This document shows, piece after piece, positions 38,840 through 50,638 of a stretch of 64,000 nt of DNA (positions within the stretch are counted from its first letter, which is position 1; each line of letters opens with the position of its first letter). This stretch comes from Octopus vulgaris (Eukaryota): contig OX597825.1 in NCBI GenBank assembly GCA_951406725.2, positions 60,326,001 through 60,390,000 of the forward strand, in the 5' to 3' direction. A model generated the notes under the pieces. The model ran no database searches. It was given only the letters and a program-made list of their open reading frames with translations, and was not told the DNA's origin. The translations under genes were made by a program, and so were the position numbers.

Positions 38840-39700
38840 ATTATTGTTGTTGCTGTTGTTGTATTTTTCCTTCAGGGCTTCTATTTCTTTAACTTCAAAA
38901 ATTAGAGTTGTAGTGGTCACAAAATGACATCATTCAATTTCATTTGGCCATTGTGATACTGGTGTGGGCATTCCGGTTGTCATCATATCCAGATGGTTTT
39001 GTGTAGTCACTGACGAAGATTGAACTTGGAAATGCTTCTCATGTAATCTGAACCACTTATCTTGAACATCGTAGCCAGTGCTTCGTGGTGGTAGATTATA
39101 TACATCCAATGCTGTTGACTTTATGTAGGATAGGTTAGCTAGTCATTTAGTCTTCCAATTTAATGTGTGAAATGAACTGGAAATTTTGTTGGTGGAAATG
39201 TTTCAGTTGTTTAATATGCCGATTATAAAGTGTCATTATATTGCAACTGTACAATAATTCTGAGGTTTCAATACCTAGCTAAATCATACGTTTCCTATCT
39301 GGAGCTACACCTTTCTCCTTAATGATATTTTTTTAAAATACTCATTAAATTAAGCTAATACTTTGTTCCTCGTCCTCTTAAGAAGAGTATTTCTGGAAAG
39401 ACAGCATCTATGACAGAAAAGTGCCCATCTTGCTCGAGAGATGTATTAAAGATGAAGATGTTGACATTAAGGAGATTGGTGTTTGGAGTAGGATAGGTGA
39501 GGGCTATCGCCATATTGATATTAATTGCGAGGCTAAAGGGATACTTCGCATTGGTGCATTTGTCAGCTAGTTTGTACACTTCCTAATATGCATGACAAAG
39601 AAGAAAGCATTGTTATCTTCTACAAAATTAAGCTGCGATAAGGATTGGTTATCTGGCTAATACTTACTATTCTTGTTGTTTAATAAGAACGTGGTGCGAT
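38840..39700 (-). mobile_element. Old RTE-clade LINE 3' half
   Basis: Minus strand QLNFVED, YKLADKCTNAKYPFSLAININ and LYSCNIMTLYNRHIKQLKHFHQ match RTE RT (LLFADD; FGLTINxKKT; LYGCETWTLYRRHIKQLEQFHQ); (AAC)n tail near 38845-38861. Confidence 0.7.
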
Positions 39701-39986
39701 TGTATCAATTCACATAGAATATTCATGTTGTTACTTTTGTCCTATATGCTCGGAAAGCATGATTTTAGACGCATTGAGCTACGATTTCTCGCAGTTCATA
39801 AAAAACCCATCGAAGATCACTGCAGAGGTTGAACAATTGAAAATATACAATTAAAATCATCAATAATATTAATTATAATAGTAATAAAACTAATGAAACC
39901 TATTTTGTTCATTGCTGTACAACACTAATTTACAGAAAACACTGTAATTTATGTTAGAATGTGCAAGTAGATGGTCACAAAATATT

Positions 39987-40203
39987 AGCTTCAAATTTTG
40001 GCACAAAGCAAGGAATTTCAAGGGAGGCGGGGCTAAGTCAATTACATCGACGCTATTGGTCAACTGCTACTTACTTAATCGAAGCCCAACAGCTGAAAAG
40101 TAAAGACGACTTCTGTGCAAATTGAAATCAGAATCTAAGGGCGGCTGCAATACTGCTGAGTATTTTACCCGGCGTGCTAAACGATTCTGTCACGCGCCAC
40201 CTT
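39987..40203 (-). mobile_element. SINE family A variant, diverged
   Basis: taagtcaattacatcgac...cccggcgtgctaaacgattctg...cgccacctt; a related fragment lies at 41022-41102. Confidence 0.75.
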
Positions 40204-41125
40204 GGATGACCATATAATATTACAAGAGCAAAGTACAATGCAGATGTTTTGAATTAACTTCCTATCACTAACATTATTCTAAGTATCTCTTCCGCTTCCT
40301 GTGTAAAACTTTTGAGTATGTGAATCAGGGCTTAACAATGAGAAATAGAAAATGTTCACAACAAATAAACAACGTGATTCCCTTTGCAATAAAATTTACT
40401 ACAGTTATTGGTTAATTTATCGAAAAATCTATAAATATATTGCACCTTAGAAACTAAATGTGTCAAAATGTTTATAGTCATTAATGAATAATTGTCCTCA
40501 AAACGGAAATATAAGGAAAGGAGCAGTGCGATAATTTCATTATAAGCAAAAGTTTATACTCTTTTACACGTTCTAGCATTTGAACTGATGCCACACGGGG
40601 ATTACGAATTTAAATGATTTCGTCAATATTATAAGATTTCTTTATGGAATAGTGGTTCTCGAATCATTCTTGAACGTATAAATAATAAATAATATATATA
40701 ATAATGTTGCGTTCAGAAACCCTTTTAGATAGAAAATTCAAAAGTTTCCCGTGGGACACGAAGCCACGTCTACTGTAGAGAGTTTTTGTGGCACGATTCT
40801 TCAAAGAGTCCAAATGAGTCTTAATAAGTGGTTCTCAAACATTATGAATTTCCTATAGACCCATTTCATTTATATTTTATTATGATGAACACCCATATCC
40901 ACTGAATGTTAAAAAACTAGTTTTCTTGATATTTTTTTCAAAATTACGGAGCTTGAGAAATACAGATATTTTAAATGCAAGATGTAAGATATAGACCGAA
41001 CAACTTGTGTGTAGCAAATATTGGTTTCAAATTTTTGAAAAACGCCAGCAATTTCGGGGGTGGGGGAAGTCGATTATATCGATTCCAGCGATCAACTGGT
41101 ACTCACACAGCTGTATTTAAGGCAC

Positions 41126-41375
41126 AGATTTAACCATCTCGCTACAGTAAAAAATTGTGAAGCATGACTGTCACCACTACTACATGAACCTGAAGATGGC
41201 ATTATTTAAAGATGGCATTATTTAAAGATGGCATAATTCAATCAAAATAAACATTTAACATTCTATTATTTTATTTTATTTTATTATATTATATTCTATT
41301 ATCTTATATTATATCATTATAAGATTGTAAATAAAACGTGAAAATCAGACAAGGTTGGAATTCCTTTTATTAATA
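41126..41375 (+). repeat. Second copy of the Penelope 3' tail (direct repeat of 45127-45360)
   Basis: The first 72 nt are identical to 45127-45198; both end ttggaattccttttattaatatat; the hammerhead region is replaced by (aagatggcattattta) repeats. Confidence 0.92.
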
Positions 41376-41929
41376 TATTCTTCTATACACAATCACACAC
41401 ACCCGTATATCTATATATATATATAGTCATGTGTGTGTTTAAATATCTGCCCACTAATATGATAGCCCAGTCCACGCTTTATTTCACGAGCCACACATTT
41501 TAAATGATTGGATTTGTTCAATAACCATTTACAAGATGTGATTGCTGGTATCTGGCTTTATGTTCATTGTGGGCCGATGTCCTGCCGTAGCCAATTATAT
41601 ATTAAAACCGCTTTTATATATCAGTAAAAATCAGTTTTCAGTTAGACAAATAACTGGAACACCAGTTACAATATCAGGAAGAGATCATTACAGGACATCA
41701 CATTGCAAAGTGAAAGTAGTAGGTGAAGGAGTATTAGACAGATGGCGTTTTTTCTTAATGGTCTTAAGGTGGTCTGTGTTGAAGAAATTGCGAAGTGGAC
41801 GTAATAGTATTCGTTAAAATTAACAGTATCTTGAGGATTTGTCCAACAATTGAGCATAGTTCTTCGTATACGACTGTTTCCGATTTGACATAGTGTTTCA
41901 GAAGATAAGCAACAGACAGACAATAGTTA

Positions 41930-42045
41930 TCTTCTTATCCCCCACTCACAATCCACGTTCTTTTCCTCTGCAGCCCTATCTCACACCATATCTTCATTTC
42001 CTGTAACGCAGGTCATATGTGATTGGGATTCTTTGCAATCATTTC
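41930..42045. repeat. Unclassified repeat of about 115 bp, second copy at 43763-43880
   Basis: tcttcttatcccc...ctcacaccatatcttcatt...atgtgattgggattctttg is present at both sites. Confidence 0.85.
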
Positions 42046-42310
42046 ATAGACCTTTCTCCAATTAGAATAATTTTAAGATATTTGTCTATTGTCCGACTAT
42101 ATTTATCATCTCAGTATTGTATCTCATATTTCAAATCCAGTTATTCGCTTCGCCATTGAATGACAAACTACAAAAGATGTCCTTTCAAGAGTAATTGTAC
42201 ACACTCAACTGCATTGACGTTTTACAAAATCATCGAGCAAATCAATGCTTCACTCTATATGTTAATGCAGCTTCACCTCATATATGCAAACATATGTATG
42301 TACGAACACA

Positions 42311-42389
<79 letters not shown>

Positions 42390-42477
42390 TTATATCTATC
42401 TATCTACCTACCTACCAATCTATCTATCTATCAATATATATATATATATATATATTTATACACATACATATGATCTT

Positions 42478-42685
42478 TTATCATTTTAACTTTTACTTGT
42501 TTCAGTCATCAGACTGTGGCCGTGCTGGGGCACCACTTTGAAGAATTTTAATCGAACGAATGTCCTACTGTATTTATTTTTTTTAATTCCCGGTACTCAT
42601 TTTACCTGTCTTCTTGGACCCAACTGCGAAGTTGCGGGGACGTCAATACCAGTTGTCAAGCTGTACAAGGGTGAGGATAAAGTGC
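42478..42685 (-). mobile_element. SINE family B 3' part
   Basis: ttttacttgtttcagtcat.agactgtggccgtgctggggcacc...gttgtcaag. Confidence 0.75.
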
Positions 42686-42835
<150 letters not shown>

Positions 42836-43274
42836 CAAAGAAAGATATAGAGACTGAGATAGACTGAGAGAGTGAGAGAGTGAGAGCGGAGGCGCATGCA
42901 TTCAAATACAACCACATATATATATAAACATTCCTATGAATATGAATCCACATGTCAGAGATGTGACAATAACGAAAGCTTTATTCAGTCTAGTCACAAA
43001 TGCGTTCTAACACCGCCTACTCGCATACATTAACGTGAATATTCATAAAACGCTAATGCAATGCATGAGCAAATTCAAAAATCTGTAGACGAACACATAC
43101 AAATACAGATATACTCAGATAATACACAGCAGAGATGAAAAGATGAGAGAAAATACAAAGAGACAGTCTCGGGTGAGTATAAAACTAAATATTTGATGCA
43201 ACGTTGGATTGAATACTGATGCACCTAGTTTGTTGTAGCTGCTGAATAGGTAAAGTGATATTCTATTATTCCTT

Positions 43275-43545
43275 CACTTGTTTCAGTCATTTGAGTGCGG
43301 CAATGCTGGAGCACCGCCTTTAGTCGAACAAATACACGGAAGGGCTTATTCTTTGTAAGTCTAGTACTTAATCTAGCGGTGTCTTTTGCCGAACCGTTAA
43401 GTTATGAAGACGTAAACACACCAACATCAGTTGTCAAATGATCGTGGAGTGACAGGCATACAAATACATATATATATAATAATATAAATATATAAATATA
43501 TGTATATATACATACATATATGTACATACCTACATACATGCATAC

Positions 43546-43581
<36 letters not shown>

Positions 43582-43731
43582 ACGACGGGCTTCTTTCTGT
43601 TTCTTTTTACCAAATCTACTCACAAGACTTTGGTCAGCTCGAGGCTATAGTAGAAGACATCCAAGTTGCCACGCAGTGGGACTGAATTCGGAGCTATGTG
43701 GTTGGGGAGCAAACTTCTTACGACACAGCCT
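43275..43731 (-). mobile_element. SINE family B, near full length with tRNA-like head
   Basis: All family blocks present; minus-strand head ggctgtgtcgtaagaagtttgct...gaattcagtcccactgcgtggca has box A/B-like motifs. Confidence 0.88.
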
Positions 43732-44132
43732 CTCCAGCGGCTATAAACTCTTGTTCCATTTATCTTCTTATCCCCCAACCACAGTCCACCTTCTTTTTCT
43801 TAGCAGTCATACCTCACACCATATCTTCATTCCCTGCAACACAGATTCAGATGTGATTGGGATTCTTTGACATCATCATTTGAAATTAAGTTAGTACACA
43901 AATCTACTGATTCCTTCCTGGAAGCAGCAAACTTTCTGAAGACTAGTTGAGAATAATATCCCGTCTCAAAGGGTTGGAATTGTTGGAAACTGTACCATAG
44001 CATTTGCAGATGGTGAAGAGCACAATGCTAAAAGTAGAACAAAAATTTGATGTAATATTGATTTTAAATTAGTGATTCGTCACTAATTTAACGAACTTTT
44101 GATACAAGTTTTACTACATGGGGCGTCATCAT

Positions 44133-44210
44133 GCAGCATTTCGTCTGTCTTAACGCTTTGAGTTCAAATGCCACCGAGGTCGACTTTGTCTTTCATCCTT
44201 TTGGGGTCGA
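44133..44210 (+). mobile_element. SINE family A fragment fused to the Penelope element
   Basis: tgagttcaaatgccaccgaggtcgactttgtctttcatccttttggggtcga ends abruptly at 44210. Confidence 0.85.
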
Positions 44211-44402
44211 GCTATGGTTCTTAGTATTAGACAGCCTAAAAACTTGAAAAAATTACTAACAAAGGCAAAATTTGACCTTAGCAACAAAGACCAAACATTC
44301 ACTATATCTAAATGAAATGATAGCCGTTGTGGCACATGCCAATTCATACATACCGGCCAATATATAAACACAAAAACCGGGAAAATATTCACAAACGCAA
44401 AT

Positions 44403-44693
44403 ATGAACTGCAAAAGCAGAAATTTAATTTACTGCATCAAACACCCAAATTGTGAAGAAATATATGTAGGTCAGACTGGAAATGCACTATCAGAACGCTC
44501 ACGTGTACACCGACAACAGATTAGAGACCCAGAGGTCCGTCAGATACCTTTAAGTAACCACCTAGCAAAATGTGCTCGGAAAATATATATAATATTTCCA
44601 TTCTACAAATTACACAGCCCAAGTGAAATTGAGAGGAAAATCAGAGAAAAGAATGTTATTGATAAATTCGAACCCAAGCTGAATAAGCAATAA
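44403..44693 (+). pseudogene. Penelope GIY-YIG endonuclease domain (open fragment)
   Basis: LIY...YVG motif, conserved R and H, terminal E..I..F.PxLN; the upstream part has an in-frame stop and there is no RT. Confidence 0.88.
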
Positions 44694-45185
44694 TAATAAT
44701 AATAATAATACTTAGAGGTACTACTTCTACAGCTACGACCGTGACCACTAACAACAACAACAATACTAAAGGTGATCAAGATGAAGAGAGCAGGAAAATT
44801 ATCTTATTTAGGGTTAAAAGTTCTATTGCCACCACCATCACCACTAGCAACAATAATTAACGTGCTGACAATGATGATGATGAGATTTGAAATATAAAAA
44901 TCCCTGACGAAGGCTATTTACAACATTTCTAAAAATAGCCCAACAATTGCTGCCTCGGCCAGGGTTAAGATACAGGACTCTTGACATGTTCAATAAAGCG
45001 TGACGCCTAAACCAACCAATCAGTTTAAGTAATTGAGTGATTCTACACACTGATTGGTCAGAATACAGTTTGCAAAACCTAGCAATCTAGAGCCCACACA
45101 GTTTTAACAATCTCGCACAGTCAAAAAGATTTAACCATCTCGCTACAGTAAAAAATTGTGAAGCATGACTGTCACCACTACTACA

Positions 45186-45230
45186 TGAACCTGAAGATTG
45201 CATAATTTAATGCATGAAAGTACTAGTTCA
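45186..45230 (+). ncRNA. Minimal type I hammerhead ribozyme in Penelope tail
   Basis: ugaac-CUGAAGA-U-ugcau-aauuua-augca-U-GAAA-guac-UA-guuca: 5-bp helix I, 5-bp helix II, palindromic helix III AGUACU, CUA site. Confidence 0.68.
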
Positions 45231-45353
45231 ATCAGAATGAACATTTAACATTCTATTATTTTATGTTATTTTATTATATTCTACTATCTTATATTATATC
45301 ATTATAAGATTGTAAATAAACGTGAAAATCAGACAAAGTTGGAATTCCTTTTA

Positions 45354-45411
<58 letters not shown>

Positions 45412-45414
45412 AAT

Positions 45415-45775
45415 TCTTTTACTTGTTTCAGTCATTTGATTGTGGCCATGCTAGAGCACTGGCTTAAAGGGTTATAGTCGAAGAAAACGATGCCAGGATT
45501 TATTTTTTGTATGCTTAGTATTTACTCTACCGGTCATTTTTGCCGAACTGTTAAATTACGGGGACAAAACACATCACCTTCAGATGTCAAGTGATGGAAG
45601 TGGAGACAAACATATGCATACATATATATACACACATGCGCGCGAATACACACACACACATAAATGATTACCAAATCCACTCACACGGTATTGGTTCGAC
45701 CGAGGCTGTACTAGAAGACACTGGCCAAAATGGCACGCAGTGAGACTGAACCCAGAACCATGAAGTCACGCCTAC
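45415..45775 (-). mobile_element. SINE family B, diverged
   Basis: ttttacttgtttcagtcatttgattgtggccatgctagagcac...ccaaatccactcac...gcagtgagactgaaccc. Confidence 0.82.
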
Positions 45776-45811
45776 ATATGTACATACGCAAACATATATG
45801 CATACATATCT

Positions 45812-46237
45812 TATTTCTTTATTGCCCACAAGGGGCTAAGCACGGAGGGGACAAACAAGGACAGACAAAGTGATAAAGTCGATTACATCGACCCTAGTGT
45901 GTAACTGGTTCTTAATTTATCGACCCCGAAAGGATGAAAGGCAAAGTCCACCTCGGCGGAATTTGAACTCAGAACCTAAAGACAGACTAAATACCTATTT
46001 CTTTACTACCCACAAGTGGCTAAACAAAGAGAAGACAAACAAGGACAGACAAACGGATTAAGTCGATTATATCGATCCCACTGCATAACTGGCACTTAAT
46101 TTATCGACCCCGAAAGGATGAAAGGCAAAGTCGATATCGGCGGAATTTGAACTCAGAACCTAAAGACAGACTAAATACCACTAAGCATTATCGCTGGGTA
46201 TGCTAACATTTCTTCCAGCTCACCGCCTTAAACCTAC
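45812..46237 (-). mobile_element. SINE family A with tandemly duplicated 3' body, 14-bp TSD
   Basis: Two units of about 182 bp (tatttcttta...gaactcagaacctaaagacagactaaatacc) and one head; TSD atgcatacatatct at 45798-45811 and 46238-46251. Confidence 0.9.
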
Positions 46238-46413
46238 ATGCATACATATCTACATACACACATGTATATGCATACATTCATACATACACATATATGTATG
46301 TGCATATATCTCAAAATGTGCCTTCGTTTTGTGTTGTACTGTTTTTCTAACAACTGTTGATTTATGTATGTCATAAGCATTTTTATGAATATGATACGTT
46401 TCCATTTATTATG

Positions 46414-46791
46414 GTGGAGGAGCAATGGCCCAGTGGTTAGGGCAGCGGACTTGCGGTCATAGGATTGCGGTTTCGATTCCCAGACCGGGCGTTGTGAGTG
46501 TTTATTGAGCGAAAACACCTAAAAAAGCTCCACGAGGCTCCGGCAGGGGATGGTGGTGATCCCTGCTGTACTCTTTCACCACAACTTTCTCTCACTCTTA
46601 CTTCCTGTTTCTGTTGTACCTGTATTTCAAGGGGCCGGCCTTGTCACTCTCTGTGTCACGCTGAATATCCCTGATACTACGTTAAGGGTGCACGTGTCTG
46701 TGGAGTGCTCAGCCACTTACACGTTAATTTCACGAGCAGGCTGTTCCGTTGATTCCTCGTCGTAACCGACGGAGTGCTTTCTTTTCCCCTA
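46414..46791 (+). mobile_element. Full-length tRNA-derived SINE family C, 11-bp TSD
   Basis: Box A tggcccagtgg, box B ggtttcgattcc; TSD catttattatg at 46403-46413 and 46792-46802. Confidence 0.92.
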
Positions 46792-47279
46792 CATTTATTA
46801 TGAGATTTTGCTAATCATTCTGCATTTATATATTAGCATGTGATATATATCCGAATAGTAATTGTGACAACTCATTTCCGTATGTATATAGTAAAATCTG
46901 ATTTTAATTTTGATCTAAATTACTCGATGTCTCCCGTAGATATTTTACATAGCAAATCGTACTTATTTCCCGTTTGGCATTACTTCTCCAGTATCCCTCC
47001 GTAATATAGCATGGCTATTGACGAAGTTAATATATGAACGTGGTCCTCTGTTTCTGAAAATTCAGCTTATGATAAGTCTTTTCGTTATTGCAGCCTATGG
47101 TTTTTATGCATTAGAAAAAAGAGCAAACATTTGTCTATCTTGTTTACTCATGTGTATGCCTGCGTGCGCGCGCATACAATCACGCAGAGAACACGCACAC
47201 ACACACTAGCATATACATGAATCTATGCATACACACACACACTATCCTCATGCATAAGCTGATTAACTTTTTCCTCATT

Positions 47280-47634
47280 TCCGGGCAGTTAAGCTTGTGG
47301 AAGGTCGTCCAGATCATTCATCATCTTCCAAGGACGGTTTCTTGCTTTGGAAACGCCAGAGCCACTCGAAACATTGCGTACGACCCCATTGCCTCGTCAA
47401 TGTAAGGTTTCCGAAGCATGCTCGATGTCTGTGTAGTTTAACGCAAAATTTAACGGTCGCTCTTTGTTGCAACTTCTTGTCCATGACAAAAATCGCAGAC
47501 ATCAGCATACACAAGATCACAAAAACACAAATTTCACCACATGCGAAGTAAACACAGCAATATCACTCGGTACACTGGTTCATGAAGGTTACCGGTAACT
47601 CTCATTACGCACACAACTATGTACTGCCGTCTGT
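47280..47634 (-). mobile_element. Mariner 5' fragment
   Basis: MDKKLQQRATVKFCVKL...GRTQCFEWLWRFQSKKPSLEDDE*SGRPS is the mariner HTH region. Confidence 0.85.
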
Positions 47635-47850
47635 TGGCTTAGTGGTTAGGGTGTCGGCATCAGGATCGTAAGATTGTTGTTTCGATTCCTGGACCGGTCG
47701 ACGCATTGTGTTCTTCAGCACAATACTTCATTTCACGTTGCTCCAGTCCACTCAGCTGGCAAAAATGAGTAATGCTTCGATGGACTGGCGTCCCGTCCAA
47801 CTGGGGAACGGGGAATATGAATCTGGCTAAGCTTTAAAAGGGCGCATTTA
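47635..47850 (+). mobile_element. tRNA-derived SINE family D
   Basis: tggcttagtggttaggg (box A), gtttcgattcc (box B), central ctccagtccactcagctg..aatgagta..gatggactggcgtcccgtcc block. Confidence 0.8.
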
Positions 47851-47874
47851 TATATATATATATATATAAAAAAA

Positions 47875-48105
47875 GGCGGCGAGCTGGCAGAGTCGTTAGC
47901 ACGCCGGGCGAAATGCGTAGCCGTATTTCGTCTGCCGTTACGTTCTGAGTTCAAATTCCGCCGAGGTCGACTTTGCCTTTCATCCTTTCGGGGTCGATAA
48001 ATTAAGTACCAGTTACGCACTGGGGTCGATGTAATCGACTTAATCCGTTTGTCTGTCCTTGTTTATCCCCTCTGTGTTTAGCCCCTTGTGGATAGTAAAG
48101 AAATA
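47875..48105 (+). mobile_element. Young full-length SINE family A in (TA)n
   Basis: ggcggcgagctggcaga..cgttagc head, gagttcaaattcc box B, tail tagtaaagaaata. Confidence 0.92.
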
Positions 48106-48467
48106 TATATATATATATAAATGTGCCCTTATATATATATATATATATGAAAGGTATTTATCGATATATATATCAATAAATACATTTAAAATATTCTGAC
48201 ACTTCTTTCAACTACTTATCCTAAATATTATCAATTAGCTTGTCAATTATTATTATTAAAAAAAAAAAAATAAGCATCCACTTCCTACCTCCATCAAAAC
48301 CAAAATCAATTACTGCAATTTACAGTTTCCACCATATCTACTATCTCTCTTCTTTTAGACGATAATGAAAATGAAATAGAGTGAATGTAGTAAATTTGCT
48401 GAAATAAACATTATATTAATTCAAATTATAATCCAAATTGTTTTCTTGTGATGTGTAAGGAAGTAAA

Positions 48468-48769
48468 TGTTTATTGAGCGAAAACACCTAAAGCTCCACG
48501 AGGCTCCGGCAGGGATGGTGGTGATCCCTGCTGTACTCTTTCACCACAACTTTCTCGCTCACTCTTACTTCCTGTTTCTGTTGTACCTGTATTTCAAAGG
48601 GCCGGCCTTGTCACTCTCTGTGTCAAGCTGAATATCCCCGAGAACTATGTTAAGGGTACACGTGTCTGTAGAGTGCTCAGCCACTTACGCGTTAATTTCA
48701 CGAGCAGGCTGTTCCGTTGATTCGGATCAACCGGAACTCTCATCGTCGTAACCGACGGAGTACTTCCAC
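48468..48769 (+). mobile_element. 5'-truncated SINE family C, 11-bp TSD
   Basis: Near-identical to 46499-46776; TSD aaggaagtaaa at 48457-48467 and 48770-48780. Confidence 0.92.
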
Positions 48770-50558
48770 AAGGAAGTAAAGTATCAAGTGATGTGGGTTG
48801 TCATAAACGTGACAATGTAAGACAAACCCGCTTCTGTTATTCATTCAAGGCCCATTACTCTCTGTATTCAAATCCCACAGAAATCACCGTTTCATTTGTT
48901 CAGTTATAGATAAAATGGTAAAAGTCAGGTAAACAACATAGGCCGATTTGTTTTTAATGTATATAGCACTATATCTCGCTTTTATAAACATCGCTCAGGA
49001 AGACCAAATATCGTCGTTTTATCCATGAAAATGGCACCAAATATCTCACATATTGCACCCTGAATTCTTTACAAAAAGTGACTTTATTGTGCTCCGTATA
49101 ATACGTCTACATCTTTCGAATGAAGACTGGATGTTGAGAGTAGTACCACGTTGATTATATGTTTATGTAATGCAGGCTGGCGTAGTATTAAATATTAACA
49201 GCAACAGCAATTTTGTGATCACAAGGGAGACTCTATAAAGTCAACAGAACTGCTCGATTTAGCAACGAAATTTTCTCTAATTTACATTCTATCGTCTTAA
49301 CTGCAAAACGACACCATACTTAACATTAATCTACGTGTCTTTGAAAGGCAGTATGGTTGTAGTTTGAATAGATTAATATTGGTTTACCGCTATCATCATA
49401 TGCATGGGTTGTAATACTACCACTCAGCCCCAAAAAAATAATACTAAAAGAAATAAAATGATTATAAACACATATTATAATCGCATGTAATTAGAAAAGT
49501 TGATGGCGCATGTGTTGTAAGTGAATCAAACGACCACAACTCTGCTACACTGGACACAATTTCCTCGAAGTTTTCGAAACTAGTAAAATGAATTTTCTTT
49601 CACTATCGTCGTTTTATAAATGTCAATGTTTCAATGAGGTAATAAATCGTGTGAATGGCGCCCATATACGGTTTCCGCGCGATTGGCGTCAATTGCGTCA
49701 CCAAATTACATATATATTCAAACGGTTACATAATAACTAGTATTGAAATTATGGCTTCTTGGAAAAGGCAATGATATATATATATATATTTCTTTTTTTC
49801 TGTTCATTTATCCTTGATATCTTTCTTAAAACTATTTCCTTCGCACATAGCTGAATAATGAGATGAGAATTGATTGCGCCGAACGGAAATGATGCGGAAA
49901 CATGGCTTATAATCCTAAACATGCGACAGCATGTAAAATAAAATGGATTGAAAACGAAAATAACGGCAAAAATAAATCACAGTCGCAGAAGAAAAACTAT
50001 TACTTTCTAAATCCTCAGCAACGTAAAGCAATAAAATTCTTAAAGAAAATGGAAACTCAAGATTCCGTTTTCTTCTTTCTTTGTAGTTGTTTTTAGTTGA
50101 GAATTATTATTATTTTTTTTTTTTTTTGGGTTTTGCAGTGAAAATAATATAAATGTAACTAAGTATATTGCAATGTAAATGCATGAGTAAATGATGACAT
50201 ATTGAAATTTAAAATAAACGAAATGACATGAATTAACATAAGCAGACATAAATAGGAAAGCTAATTTCAAATGAACTAAAGTACAAAGTTGCGTGCAAGG
50301 AGATGTGAATACAGGAGAGTTCAATAGTCATGCGAAAGCTATCAGAGAATAATGGAAACTAAATATTGTGTAAAGCAGTAAGTAATGTATAAAATGTAAT
50401 TAAGTGGAGGAAATTTGCAGAAAATAGATAAAACTATTCTAAATAACTATTTGTCAGTTGAGATGTTTCATGATTAGACTTTGAGTCGTTTTATTTATTC
50501 TACAACTTTGCCATTCTTAATGGCTTGTTACAGAAGCAAAAACGTTAGATGCATATGT

Positions 50559-50638
<80 letters not shown>

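Larger units (their letters stand above)
44211..45360 (+). mobile_element. 5'-truncated Penelope-like retroelement (GIY-YIG domain plus 3' tail with hammerhead motifs)
   Basis: RQPKNLKKLLTKAKF...RCGTCQFI...NCKSRNLIYCIKHPNCEEIYVGQTG...REKNVIDKFEPKLN*; tail ends in (TA)n. Confidence 0.92.

Noticed and set aside
46418-46490. tRNA-like sequence (also 47635-47700)
   Set aside because: Box A/B are present but there is no proper acceptor stem; each is followed by a SINE body (with a TSD at 46403/46792), so these are SINE heads, not tRNA genes
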